DNA of 64,000 bases from the human T2T-CHM13v2.0 reference genome, Homo sapiens (GCF_009914755.1 NC_060930.1); one strand, 5' to 3'; shown: positions 1 to 14,441, numbered from the stretch's first letter. Program-made: numbers and translations. Notes: generated from the letters alone by a model not told the origin.

Positions 1-949
1 GCCTCGCAGCGACCCTTCCCATAGTGGTCTTATTCTCAGAGAGTCTGCACCGTAGCATCGACGACATTGATAACATGTCCTCATTTAGTTCCCCTTCTTA
101 ATGATAATCTGGAAATCTTACATGCCTAAAACCAAGCCTAATGGATTGTCAAGAAGCTGCAATAATGTCATTTTATTCCATTATTATAATTTGTTTTCAG
201 GAGGCATATTTTTAATTATTTGCATGAATAATATCATTATGTATTCATGCCAATACAATTCTGATAATTAATTTACATGATGGAAATTTCTTAATGATTT
301 TGATGTCAGTGTTAATAGCAACATCTGATAGTCAATATACGGATGTTGACATAAATTTGACTTTTAATATATTGTTGCCAACACCAGCAGCAGTATAAAA
401 TTACTTCGCAAGGAAAGGAAAAAATCCAGTGGGGAAGAACTTCAATGAAAAAGAAAGCGAACCTTGCCCGGGGTTCATGGGCCCAGAACAAAATCCATGC
501 ACTCGGATGTGACAAGTGACTTACTTGGACATAGACTGGTGCAAATGAGCCTGTCAAAAGTTCGTAGCTTCCTATGAAAAGAGATTGCTGTGAAAATATA
601 GTTATCTGCTGGAAGAAGTGACTCTTGCAGCTACTTGTTTTTGTTTTCGTATATTTGTTAAGTCTCTTGAAAAGTTTTTGATGCCTTTTGTGTGCTACTT
701 TTGTATTTTGTCTTTGATTGCTAATTTACATTTTCTAAAAAAACTTTAATGGAAAATGATGTGCCCTTGTTATTTCAATTTACAGAACAAAAAACATTGT
801 GTGTCCAAGAAAATGTCTACTTTCATCTGTTTCAGTCAGTTAAATGGCTGAGGTGCTAAACTCCCTTATGGGAGAATAGACCCTTTTAATTATGTTATCT
901 TCCCCTCAGGTAACCCACGTAGGAGGACTCTACAGAAAAGACACTCTTC

Positions 950-1763
<814 letters not shown>

Positions 1764-3694
1764 TAGTTTTAAATCACTGGATTTTACAGGTCTTCTATTT
1801 TTCAAGTGGAGCACACTCTAAAATTCTGATTGAGCAGGTCCTCTGTCCTGTCTGATGCACCTGTTTCTAGGGGCTCACGCTTCTCATACAAAGTAAGGCA
1901 CCTTCTTCCCTAACCCCTAATGTGGCATTTGCACCATGTGAAATGCTCAGGACTATGTAATAGATGAAGCCCCACTGCTTTTGATTCATTTAAAGTCACG
2001 AAAGTTTTTTTTATATAAAAATCAATTTTCAAGTACTCAGATCCTTGAATAAGAAGAATGTTGGGAAGTAATGAAAAATGTCAAGGTCAGTTATAATTTT
2101 AATTTTCTTTTGGCATTTGGAACGTTGTATTATGGTGGCTCAGCAGATGGAATAAGCCGTCCTGAAGCATTCTGTACAGGAGTTTGGCTATTTAAGGTCA
2201 TCTTCAATCAAAAAAAGGAGGAAGGGAAGCAGTGTACCCGCAGATCACATATTTCCCTCTGCCCAAATTTGCTGGCATCCCTGCCATTGGCAACAGTGGC
2301 GGTGTTATCCAGTAGCTGGGAGCTAACTGATCTCAGCTATTTGTGGTTTGAAAAGTGGTTTTCCTAGAGCAGTAATTAGCATGAGGCAGATACAAAGTAT
2401 AGTTTATTCTGTTTCTCTCCTCCTGGGGTGAAGCCTGACTGCTTATCAAATGCAGAAAGCCCTCACTCTCACTATCTTCACCTCTCTATGCTCTCATCTT
2501 CACCTCTAGAAAAAAACTAGAGAAAAAAGAAGGATGGAACAAAGTTGAAATATACAGAAAGATGAACGAATTCTGTTTAAGCTGCACCATTGAGCTGGTT
2601 GTGCAAACTTGACTGTAATAAGTATTTTGAGAGCACACATTTTTATTGGTTGGTTAAAGATACATCACCCCTATGGAGAATTGAAATATGATTTGGTAAG
2701 TTTCCGAACAAAAAGTATGCATTATCTGATTTGTCAGAATTTGCTTAAAAAGTATAAAATTACTTCCTATTGGCTTTGTTATAATAGATTTGCTCTTGAT
2801 CATTTTAAAATAGATTCCTCTGGTTGTTAGGTACTACATAATTCAAGAAAAAAATTTTATGATTGATGCAATAACTTTTCAACACTGTCATACTACATTG
2901 TTACTCCTTCACATTACTGATTTCTAATTGCTTTGAAAAATGTATTATGCTTATGAGTATAGTATATAGTTATTTACCACATAAAAGCTTAGAAATATGC
3001 TTTGGCTAAATCATGAATTGCATATTACAAGTAACAGTGGACATTGTTGCTTTGGATTTCTACACATATGCTATTTGCAATTGTTTACATATGTTAGAAT
3101 CCCTTGCATTTAAATAGTTCATTATGTAAATATGTAGAAAATACTTGGATATTTATTTTCATGGAAACTTCTACTTAATCACTGAATTAAGATGATATCT
3201 TAATGTTCACTGCTATATTTTATATTCAGTAAATAACCCATAAATATTAAAGCCTAAAAAAATCACATTTAACTTTTGAATGTTAAAAAATAATGCTCCT
3301 ATTTGGAGTAGATATGATTAGTTCATTCTACTGGACCCTAATACTGATGGTGACAGATATTTGGGTAAGCAGCCTTTGTTTTGCTTACCTTCTGGCTGGG
3401 ACAGCTCCCATTTTCCATTGGGCAGTGGAGCCTTTGGCAGTAGAGAAGTTAATTGTGACTTTATGGGCTGTGCACTGAGTTTTGTGCCATTTCAGTGTTG
3501 GTTCTAGGTTTGGTTTGGCCTCACTCAGTTCCCCAAAGCCAGCAACAGTCCCAGGAAACTAAGCCCAGGAAACTGCCTTGGTTAGCAGGTCATTTCCAAT
3601 CCTGTACTTAGGCAAGTAGGGTTTATATTGCTCATTCTTCGAGAATTGCCCTCTTTTGTTTCGGATCTATTGACACGCTTAGCCCTACCACAGA

Positions 3695-3851
3695 ATGACA
3701 TCAGCTTTGGGAAGCCCCGCCCTGACTCAGAATCAGATGGGGCCTGGACAGGTGGTGATCTGGGGGCCATTAGAATCACTGCGGCAAGAGGAAAAGGTCA
3801 TGTGTTGGGTGCTAGACCCAGACCCAGGAAACTGGGGTTCTCATCCACAAT
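3695..3851 (+). repeat. Donor segment A of a local duplication (copy at 5530-5686)
   Basis: 157 bp aligns ungapped to 5530-5686 with 11 substitutions (about 93%, hand count). Confidence 0.95.
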
Positions 3852-4736
3852 TCGCACAACTCACTCTGCCTCTATTAACCTTGTTCTCTTATTAACAGAA
3901 CAAGAGCTCCTGAGTTCTTTTAAGTTCTAACATTCTAATATTCTCTAAGTCTTTTGGGTAAACTATGATAATAACAAAAATTAAAAAGTAGAAACCACAG
4001 AAAGCAGTGAAAATGGCAGCTCCTATTCTAAGCCTACTCTAGAAAAGATATGTGGAAAAGAAAGGCATGAAGAGACAGTGAGGGAAAGTATAAATGTACT
4101 GGTGGCCAAGAAATGTCCCTCTTTCTTGAGGGATATTTTGCTCAGGGGAGTCATAAGCATCATTAGTAGTTTATCAGAGAAGTTCCCTACGTGAGTGAGA
4201 TGATATATGTAAAACATCTACCTAGCAGATGCCCCCACAATGGTGGTTCTAGTTATGCTCTGTTGTGGGAGAAGATGAGGTAAGTGCCCTACTTTAAAAA
4301 TGGTAAATCTTCCCCTCCTCTCATGCTTTTTCTTTTTGTCACAGTCTGGCTTCTAGGGTAGACCTACCTGTTCATAGTTGATATTTTCTATGAGAAAATT
4401 TCATGCATTATTAAGCATATTTGACATTATATTTATAATAACAAACTAACATTTAACTTTAACTCTCCTGTGTTCTTCATTTGAATATTCCAATTGTCCT
4501 GAAACTCAAACACAATGAACAACAATAAACTTGAGTTACAGTGATGACCTCTGGCACCTCATCTGGGTCCCTGTATTGTTTAAGAATTAGGAGAAAGATG
4601 TCTCTGAGATCCAGCTAGAAAGTAGGCAGGGAGGGTGCCTTCAAGTATAGACATGTACAGTTAACAGTACAGGGTTATAGAGCCAGAGGGGGTTTTCGGC
4701 CCCAAGGAAAGACAAAATGAAAATTAATTTTTATGT

Positions 4737-5327
4737 CGATTCTTCAAAGACCTGGAACCAGAAATACCATTTGACCCAGTAATCCCATTACTGAATATAT
4801 CCCAAAGGAACATAAATCATTCTATTGTAAAGATACATGCATGCGTATGTTCATTGCAGCACCATTCACAATAGCAAAGACATGGAATCAACCCAAATGC
4901 CTGTCAGTGATAGACTGGATAAAGAAAATGTGGTGCATATACATCATGGAATACTCTGCAGTCATAAAAAGGAACAAGATCATGTCTTTTGCAGGAACAC
5001 GAATGGAGTTGGAGGCCATTATCCTCAGCACACTAACACAGGAACAGAAAACCAAACACCACATGTTCTCACTTATTAGTGGGAGCTGAACAATGAGAAC
5101 ACATGGGCACAGGGAGGGAAAAAACACATACTGGGGCCTGTCAGAGGGGCAAGGGAAGGGAGAGCATCAGGATAAATAGCTAATGCCTGTGGGGCTTACC
5201 TAGGTGAGCCTAGGTGATGGGGTGATAGGTGCAGCAAACCACCATGGCACACGTTTACCTAATGTAACAAACCTGCACGTCCTGTACATGTATCCCGGAC
5301 CTTAAAATAAAATAAAATTAAAAAAAT
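4737..5327 (+). mobile_element. 5'-truncated L1 (older L1PA, about L1PA13-16): ORF2 end plus 3'UTR
   Basis: ORF 4841-5089 is the L1 ORF2 C-terminus (MFIAAPFTIAKTWNQPKC...). 3'UTR GGTGCAGCAAACCACCATGGCACACG and an A-rich tail. Confidence 0.93.
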
Positions 5328-5502
5328 GCAGTTAGTTTTTAATTGAAGTTTTGATTACTTTAGAAAGCCAGCCACATCTCCAACCCTTCCCAAGTTATCT
5401 GTAAAGGGATAGCCGAGGCCATGAGGCACAGGAAAAGTACTAACATGCTTCCCCGCCAGCTCCACATTCTTCAGTTAAAGAACTAAATCTTCAAGTGCCG
5501 GG

Positions 5503-5856
5503 AATCCTTTCCCACAGGGAAAGGATTTGATGACATCAGCTTTGGGAAGTCCAGCCCTGACTCAGAATCAGGTGGGGCCTGGACAGGTGGTGATCTGGGG
5601 GCCGTTAGAATCATTGTGGTGAGAGGAAAAGGCCATGTGTCGGATGCTAGACCCAGACCCAGGAAACTGGGGTTCTCATCCACAATGGGATTACCCAGTA
5701 ATCCCATTACTGAATATCCCAAAGGAATATAAATCATTCTGTTGTAAAGATACATGCAGGCATATGTTTATTGCAGTACTATTCACAATAGCAAAGACAT
5801 GGAATCAACCCAAATGCCCATCATTAACAGACTGGATAAAGAAAATGTGGTACATA
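5503..5856 (+). repeat. Composite templated insertion: hairpin + copy of 3695-3851 + hairpin + copy of L1 4774-4939
   Basis: 5530-5686 matches 3695-3851 and 5693-5856 matches 4774-4939 (13 substitutions, one 2-bp indel). 11-bp inverted repeats at 5503-5527 and 5684-5708. Confidence 0.9.
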
Positions 5857-5889
5857 ATCCACCAACAGAATCATTTTAGTTGGGCAGAA

Positions 5890-6440
5890 GTCTCGAACCA
5901 TCTCATTTCCTTTCCTTTCTCTTGGTCACTCATTGGGTCTCTTCTTGATGTACCAGCAAGCTTCTTGGGAGCATGGCCCACATCTTTGTTTTACCCCCAC
6001 TTTTGCCATAATCCCTTGCTATTTGGCATTCACTGTCACCATTTCACTGAGTCTCTCTCAAGATACTCACAAATTCCTAATGCCATATCATGTCTTTTCT
6101 CCAGACCTCACTTTCTTCTATGACTTGATTGCATCTGACATCTGGAATCACTTAGTCCTTAAATTTCTCTTACCCTTAGCATCTTGACACCATGCAATCC
6201 TACCCCTCAATTTCACTGGTTAAATCCTATGCTCCTTTACTGGCTCTTCATCCTCCACACACCTCTGAAATGTAGGGAATCACTCCCCTGCATTTCTTGT
6301 TTCCTTACTCCATTACTTATTTTCTCGGTGACCTCCACCAATTCCCAGAGCTTCGACCCTCTCAACTCTATACAGGCAACTCTGTCTGTCTGTCTAGTGT
6401 TGCTCTTTCTGCAAAACTCTGAACCCATATTTTAAGCTTC
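5890..6440 (+). mobile_element. Degraded L2 LINE fragment
   Basis: CT-rich sequence resembling the L2 sense strand; boundaries approximate. Confidence 0.45.
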
Positions 6441-6626
6441 CTACAAGGCAATGATGTATTACTATCATATCAGTTGCTAAGGTGTGTGTGGAAATGACAA
6501 TCTGACGAAAGGTTTGATGGATATTCTAGCAGAAGTGTATTTAGAGATAACCCAATGTGCTCAGGTTGTTTGGGGACAACCTTCTGAGACGTTGGCTTGG
6601 GGCCTCCTCACCTCTGTTTTTCTTGC

Positions 6627-6921
6627 TTTTTTTATTTTTTCAGACAGGGTCTGGCTTTGCCACCCAGGCAGGAGTGCAGTGGCGCAACTTCAGTTCATTG
6701 TAACCTCTGCCTCCTGGGCTCAAGCAATTTTCTTACCTCAACCACCCAAGTAGCTGGGGTTACAGGTACATGTACCACCAAACCCAGCTAATTTTTGTAC
6801 TTTTATAGAGACAGGGTTTTGCCATATTACCCAGGTTTGTCTCGAACTCCTGGGCTCAAGAGATCCACTCCCCTCGGGCTCCCAAAGTGCTGAGATTATA
6901 GGTGTGAGCCACCATGCCTGG
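6627..6921 (-). mobile_element. Alu SINE, AluJ-like
   Basis: GACAGGGTCT...CTCCTGGGCTCAAG J-type features; flanked by the direct repeat TCACCTCTG. Confidence 0.93.
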
Positions 6922-7399
6922 ATTCACCTCTGGTTTTCTAAGACTCAGGTCTCAGATGGTCTTATTGACTTCTTGGTTGCAGCCTCTATGCAGATGGCTC
7001 ACAAAGCTGTCTCCAGACACATCTCTTACTTGAGCTCTAGGTCCTAGAAACAGCTGCCTCCTGGATGCCTCATGCCCATATCTTCCTGGAGCTTTAAATT
7101 CAATACATTTAAAACAAACTCATAATTTTCCCCCCCAATTTTGTTTCGTCTCAATATTTATGATAGCGGCCTCATACTAATCATAATGGCCCATGTTTGA
7201 TGCCTGAAATTCATCTGTTTTTACGCTGTCATCTAATTCTACCCAGTACGTGAAACCATTGTCTGCAGTTTTGGGCTTGAGCTCTTTAAGACTCCTCCCA
7301 GCTGTTTTGTCTTCCACATTTCCATGCCCCCGTTCTGACATGAGCTGCTGATAGTGGGGTGGACCCCTGCTCAGACTGTTCACTCTTTCTTCCTGCTCG

Positions 7400-7710
7400 C
7401 ATGGGAGCAGTGGGCATCCCTACTCATGAATGCTCGGTGTGACCAGGTGACTTCTTAGCCAGTAGGACAGTGGCAGGTCTGACTCAACAGAGACTTGAAA
7501 TGTGCCCACCCACTTGGGCCTGTGCCTTCTCCAGAAGAGCACACCAGGGCTAACCCACTGATCCTAGGAGGGCAATGTAAGCCACGTGGAAGCCTGGATC
7601 AGGCGAGCCCCAGTCAGCCAGCAGATCTGAAGGTGGTCGTTGTTGGCTGCTGGAATGCTGTGGCTGTTTGCTCCCCGCATTACTGCAGCCATAGTGAACC
7701 GGCAGAGCCC
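7400..7710 (+). mobile_element. MaLR LTR fragment (MLT1-like)
   Basis: GTGACTTCTTAGCCAGTAGGA... and a 3' GCATTACTGCAGCCATAG resemble old MLT1 LTRs. Confidence 0.5.
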
Positions 7711-7788
7711 TGTTTCTGTTCTGATGGTCCATGCTTGTAATTCTGTCTTCCCTCTGTCTCAACTCCAACCTTCCTTCACAATTTGTAG

Positions 7789-8090
<302 letters not shown>

Positions 8091-10129
8091 CTATTCTTAA
8101 AGCGCCTTTGTTGTCATAGCCTTCTGTTGCCCAACGGCTGTCAGGGGCTCCCTGTCTCTTATTGGGTTAGTCCCCTCTGCCCCTTCTCAGTGAGGACCCT
8201 GCCCCATGGCCCTTCCTCCATTTCAAGGTGCGCTCCCTCTCTCTTCCTGCCTGTACGCTGCCGTCAAACCAGCAGCTTGGCGCACTCAAAATGCACCTGC
8301 CCTTTGGTCCCTTGTCTGTCTTCTTGTTGTTTCAGAGCCTCGATGGTCTGGCCTATACTGTTAATCAATTTTAAAACCCTAACTATTTTTCAGGATAAAT
8401 CCTTGATGCCGTCTCCTCATGAATTCTGTGCCATCCTTTCAACACCAGACATGTTGTGATCTCTTTCTTCTTTCAACATCATTAGTACTTTTTTAAAAAA
8501 AAACATTATGCTCGCTTTTTTTTTTTGGTGTACTCGTCTTCCTGTTTCTTCATCACTCCTACCTCACCCTCTCTCCCAAACACTCTTATATGCTTGGCTG
8601 TAAGCTCTCTTTCTTTTTATTTTTAGGCAGGACAGGGTCTTCTAATTTTTGCCTTTTCTATAGTTTGAAAATCAGGGCATTATGAAGTAGAATATGACTT
8701 TTAATTAAAAGTGAAAAGAGTGAAAAAAAAACAGATTGTATTTGCCTCATTACCTAAAACATCACCTATCATAATGGAATGGAATGTTTGTTTTACGTTA
8801 TAGGGAAGGCACACTGTATACTGTGAGTCATTCTGTGTCTAGGGTCCTTCACTTTGGGAGGAATGAACAGCTCTATATAGTCACAGGTCTATTTGAAGTC
8901 CCAGGGATCCTCAGAGTTGAGGAGAGACAATGCTCAGCCTGGTGGGGCCCAGAAAGACAAGGCTTTGTCTATGCTGCTGTGGCTCTCAGGACCTGGACTA
9001 TCAAGGGTAGTCTAGACGGATGCATACCCAAGGGATCGGAGCAGCAGTTCCTATAAAATTAGAAACCATCTCAGATCAAATTAGATTCCTGAGAAAATTG
9101 TGCCCATTCATTTGATTAATCATTGTTCATTCAGTTTAGAAGTAATGATACATGGTAATTTTAGTCCAGATATTCTGAGATACCAGCAATCGCATGAACA
9201 CGCTACACTCGTGATGTATTTAACACGGGAGTCTGTCATGCCTTACCGCATTCCTTGGGGCCTCTAAGAGGGAAAGTTTCACCCAGAACTAGGGGCCATG
9301 AGTGCATAGGGGGAGCCCCCACTAAAGATGGTGGGTGGTTAGAATAACCAAGTTTCACCTGCAAATCCCTGCAGTATCTAAACCATAGAAACCATCTTTC
9401 TGTCTTCTGTGAGCTGGGAAATACGAGCTGTGTGCTCTGGGTGAAAGCCATTTGGGCTGTTAGCAATGTCTGGGAAACTTTTTCTGCATTAGTTGTATCA
9501 GGAAGTCAGTAGCTTTTTCCTTTCCAATGACTCACCGAGCATATTTTATCAGACGTATGACTTACCTACAGGGGGACTTAAAATTTTCACCATGCTTTAG
9601 GGAATTGTCTGAGTCTTAGAACATTGGAGCAAATGATCCACTTTCTATGAGAGGACATGGAGGTCCTGTTGGCACTATTAATACGAAACCCTTGCCTGTA
9701 CGGGAGGCGTCCTCTGGCCTCAGCCTCCCCTCCTTCTGCTCGCTGCAGGGGACAGGATACCATCCTGACCTGGGGCCAGGTCTTTCCCTGGAGCTTCATT
9801 ACATGCGACACCTGATTCTGATATAGGCGTTCTGAAACCAAGGAGGGCTCACCAAATCACTGTGGCATATTCTTATAAGCTATGGAAAAAGACAGGTTTA
9901 TAGATGAACAGTTTCATAACTCTTCACTGAGTATTCGGCCCATCATGTCAGTTTTGATTATTGTGCAAAAAATAAAAATGCCTGCTTCTATTTTGTAGAT
10001 TCACCAGCCATGCTCTGGAGCAGAAAACTGTCGAGTGCTTGGATATGTGTGTTTCTATATAGAAATGTTTGGCATGGCTTATTAAATTGTGTCTTTTCTG
10101 TAATATACAGTGACTTTAAGTGACTCTTT

Positions 10130-10240
10130 CTATATATAAACACACACACAAACACCCATATAAACACACACACATAAACAAACACCTAAACACACACACA
10201 TAAATACACATATAAACACACACACATACATGTACATACA
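10130..10240. repeat. (CA/TA)-rich imperfect microsatellite
   Basis: Repeated TAAACACACACACA units. Confidence 0.8.
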
Positions 10241-11739
10241 ACAGTGTATAAATATGTAACTTTATATTTTTATTATTATTTATAAATAGGAAATGAAGTT
10301 ACAATCCTTGAAATTATAATGGCAAACACACAAAAGACACAGTTGCTGGCACAGAATTCAATTAACAGATAGCAATCACCCTTGGGTGACTGTGTGAGGT
10401 GGAAATATACAGGCATGCTAATAAGTAATATCTTAAAGCCACCACGTTTATCAGCACGCAGTCAGACATGTGCACAAGTGTGGGCAGACAGTGTTGCTCT
10501 AGGATATTTAATAAAAACCAGCTCTCTCCATTTAAGCATTTGTGTTTAATCATTCAGCAACGTTTTAAACATCCCGGCTGGCAGGCTCTTCAAATGGAAC
10601 AGGTTTCGGCAGAAAATGCAAGGAGTTATTTTGCTCTACCTGGTTGAGAAGGGTAGAAGGGGCAGAAATAAGGAGAAGTTGAGGATGTTTTTCCTTGTCG
10701 TTTTCTGACCTTCGCACCACTTCAGTGTGCATCTGCTGGGTGAATCACAGCTTCATCTCAGGAAACATACAGAAGGCATTCGTTAATGCAGAACAGCCAG
10801 ATGACTGACTCTCTGCAAAATAACATTCGCCTCAGTACAGGCTTCGTATTGCTTATAGCTGTATTTTTCTAAGCTCATATTTTAGTTAAAGATGAACATG
10901 GGGTGTTTCAAAACTGGGTCAGTTTTCTTTTCTTTTTTATATATTATGTGGAGATATTTCTGTACTAGGTCGAAGACATTCCTTAAGTGCCTTTGAAGAT
11001 ATTTTGTAGTAAGTACCAGCAAAGAGCAAAGAAAGGTTACCTTACAATGGGGAGTGGTATAGCTTTCTAGAAGGAGAATGTGAATTTGTCGAAAGAATGC
11101 AAAGCTTCATATTAGACCAAAAGGAAAATTGTCTTATATTGAAATAAATCAGAAGCCATGTTTATGGTTGCCAAGATTAAAATCCTCATCACGCAGAATG
11201 GTTCAAGAACAGCATCGACTGGCATCTAGGTCATGCGATTTGCCTGGAGGTGTTATGTTGTGTTTGCTACAAGCAGATGCCTGGGGGAATCTGACTGCTT
11301 AGCAGATGGCTTTGAGGGGAGAGTATCTTCTGCATTTGGTTCCTTGAATCAATCAAACCTTCTGTAAAGCTTAGTTCTTCAAAGCATAGAAAGAAGGGAG
11401 GGAAGAAAAGATGAGGATAAAAAAATTGCCTCACTGTAGGTATAGCTAAGGGAAGTAGGAATAGATTATACTTCAAGTGTATTTTTCAAGTACCTAGGTC
11501 TTTTGGAATATTTCTCCTTTCAGGTTCAAGTTTTATTTTTTCAAAGTAAGAAAAAAAATCAAATACCAAAACTGAGGCTGGTGTAGACTCCAGATGTATA
11601 ATGAGCAATTGTAATTTTAAGTATAAATGTGGAGATAAAAAAAATGGTGCTGTTGGTTTTAGACTGAATAATTATTTGTTGTTTCCAGCCTTGGCTGACT
11701 AGAGCCAAATTGGAGTCAAGATTCTGCTACCTGCCTGTG

Positions 11740-12021
11740 CTGTTCAGTAGCCACTTCCTCACTCCACGGCCTAACTTGTGGTCTTGAGAGATTTTCCTGT
11801 CTACAGAGTAACCTCAACATTATCTCTGAAAAAGAATCCTTTCTGAAGGAAGTGGGACATGTCCCTAGGGAGACTGTCAATGTAGAGCCAACACTTGATC
11901 CCAACTTCTGTGATTTCTCTTCTGTTAAGTAAATACGGGTGTGTGAGTCCAGGATTCACTTTACTGATGTCTAAAAGGATCAATCATTGCCAGATTTGGA
12001 GATAATGGTTTGTGCTTGATC
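11740..12021 (+). repeat. Donor segment C of a local duplication (copy at 14058-14339)
   Basis: 282 bp ungapped match with about 23 substitutions (about 92%, hand count). The ORF track shows twin peptides 11716-11904/13995-14246 and 11801-11983/14119-14301. Confidence 0.95.
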
Positions 12022-12614
12022 CAAAATTTTAAAATCTCTTAAACCTGCCATTTATGATTCCATGCAAACTAATGTGGGCATTAGGGAAACAACAGTGAGG
12101 ACTCAGCTGGTGAACCTGGGTGCTTATGTCTTAGATGAGTAGTTGGACATTTTCTAGAAAATGGGCGAGAGTTCCTACAGACTTTTTTGATTTTTCTTAA
12201 TGTTTCTAAGTTTTAGCTATGTCATGGAGTGTGTACTTCTTATGAGTCTTGTTGCAACACAGCATCTACAAAACTCCTGTGACTCTTGAAAGAAATAACA
12301 GCTCACATGGGCTTCTAAGTACTTACAAATGATGGGTTAGGCTGTAGGAAACGTGTAATACAGAACAAGGAAGTGAATGACTACTCTTACTAAAGAATTA
12401 GGCTCCATTTTAGGGGAAATAATATTTTCAAATTTAATTTTGCACATAGGAGTGCAATCTTAATATTAAAAAATCATTACCAAAGGCTTCTCTCGGTTGT
12501 GATAGGAAATTTTTACCATTATTTTATGTGTCTCTGTATGTGCTTGGCTTGCACTGCTAATACACCATTCTAAATGGATCAGTTCTCGGAGAATTAATTA
12601 GAGTTTAAGACATG

Positions 12615-12625
12615 CACACACCACA

Positions 12626-12666
<41 letters not shown>
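12615..12666. repeat. (CA)n microsatellite
   Basis: About 20 perfect CA units at 12627-12666. Confidence 0.97.
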
Positions 12667-12668
<2 letters not shown>

Positions 12669-13499
12669 GAGAAATATTGTAGTTGGTCAAATCAATAATC
12701 CATGTATCCAAGTTTTCTGCGCTAGAAGAAGTACCAAGAGATTTTGAAATGTAAAAGAATATGGTTGTTTAAGATGACATCGGTATCAGTTTTTTGAGGA
12801 TTAACTACAGTTACTTATTTTAAAATGCTTGGATGGATAGTAGGATTTGTAGGAAATATAGGAAAATAAAACAGATGTGGTCCTGAACTCCAGGAATCTA
12901 TAACCTAGCCGAGGTCATAGAATGAACATCCACGGTATTACATCAAGCATTTTGAGACAACGTGTCATTAAGCAGTGACCTGTGTGTACTGGACTCTTAG
13001 TCCTGTGACTGCTTAGAACAAGGATCCTGAAGGAGGGTAGGGCGTGGCAAGGCCAAGTGGGCAACGTAGATATTAGGGGTTCATCATACTCCTCCATGAG
13101 GAAGTTATATCATGGATTTGTGCAAATTTTACATGACTCTTTTACAAAAATACAACATTTCTCTCTCTTAGGCCATCAGGTTTGCAATTGAAGTGTTTAA
13201 TTTGACCTAAATTTGCTCACTTCTAAATTTCAAGGGGCATCTCTTCATTTTGTTATGTGTGAATAGAGATTGTTGGATGAATGAATGGCCCACCCCACTC
13301 GTATATTTCAATATGTTTTTAGACTTGAGATGTCTCGTCATGCTCTTGATGAGTGTAGCTGGAATAAACAGCATTGCACAGGCAACCTATTGAGGAAGGG
13401 TGTAAGCTGGGACTTTTGGCAGTGAGACTTCCAGCTGGGCTTTTTCTGTGGTGTTCTCTCTTGCCTGAGCTCTGGGGTTGGGGTGAAGAGGAAGGGAGG

Positions 13500-14030
13500 A
13501 TGCTCTAAATTTGAGCTTAGGGTGTGGAGCTTTATGAAGGTGAGGCAGTTGGGCATCAAGAAGTAAAGGGGAGGTTCTGGAGGCATGAGCAGGGAAAGAA
13601 TGCTGTCAGTGTTGGGACTCACGGAGGACATGGAGCTGTAGAGACACAAAGGAAAATTGTTGATATAATCCTGATAAAAGGTGATGAGTGCCTGTAATAG
13701 AGACAGTGGAGTTGTGGCAAAGAAACATGGAGCTAAATGCAATAAAAGTCATGAACAGAAACTTGAAGAGCTTGATAACTGATTTTGGGGGTGAGGGAGC
13801 CAAGGAGTCTGGAACAGGGAAGCCACAGTGTCATGTGCTACAGAGAAGTGGAAGGGGATGAAGCTGAGCAAGCGAGGCAGGATTTGGTCATTCCATGGTC
13901 GGTAGTGAATTTTTGAGACAGTCATTTTGGTAAAAGGCTGAGAAGGAAGCAAACAGGTGGTGAGAATGTGGGGGCAGGAGTTTTCTGCTACTTTTCAAAG
14001 AAGTTGAAAAAAAAAAGGGAGTTGTAGGAT
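13500..14030 (-). mobile_element. L2 LINE fragment (continues weakly after 14441)
   Basis: GA-rich antisense L2-like sequence, e.g. CTACTTTTCAAAGAAGTTG. Confidence 0.55.
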
Positions 14031-14057
14031 CCAAAGAATTGCCTCCCCTACCTTGCA

Positions 14058-14441
14058 CTGTTCAGTAGCCACTTCCTCACTCCAAGGCCTAACTTGTGGT
14101 CTTGAGAGATTTTCCTGTCTACAAAGTAACCTCAACATTTTGTCTGGAAAAGAATCCTCTCTGAAGGAAGTGGGACATGTCTCTGAGGAGACTGTCAATG
14201 CAGAGCCAACACTTGATCCCAACTTCTGTGGTTTTTCTTCTATCAAGTAAATACAGGTGTGTGAGTCCAGGATTCACTTCACTGATGTCTAGAAGGATCA
14301 ATTGTTGCCAAATTTGGAGACAATGATTTGTGCTTAATCGTGAAGATCCACTCCTCTGTAGCGCATGACACTGTTGCTTCCCTGTTCCAGACTCCTCTGC
14401 TCCCTAATCCCCGAAATCAGTAACCAACTTCTTTCAAGTTT
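14058..14441. repeat. Composite templated insertion: direct copy of 11740-12021 plus inverted copy of 13759-13852
   Basis: 14347-14441 is the reverse complement of 13759-13852 (12 substitutions, 1 indel). Confidence 0.9.

Noticed and set aside
4270-4345. Isolated strong splice signals (GAGGTAAGT, TTTTTGTCACAG; also the acceptor near 34350-34369 and the donor near 30459)
   Set aside because: No consistent exon chain or reading frame can be built without transcript data.
11740-14339. Two 282-bp direct repeats as the LTR pair of an unknown retroelement
   Set aside because: No clear TG...CA termini, TSD, PBS or PPT. The interior is a microsatellite, L2 and unique DNA, and the second copy is fused to an inverted local fragment.
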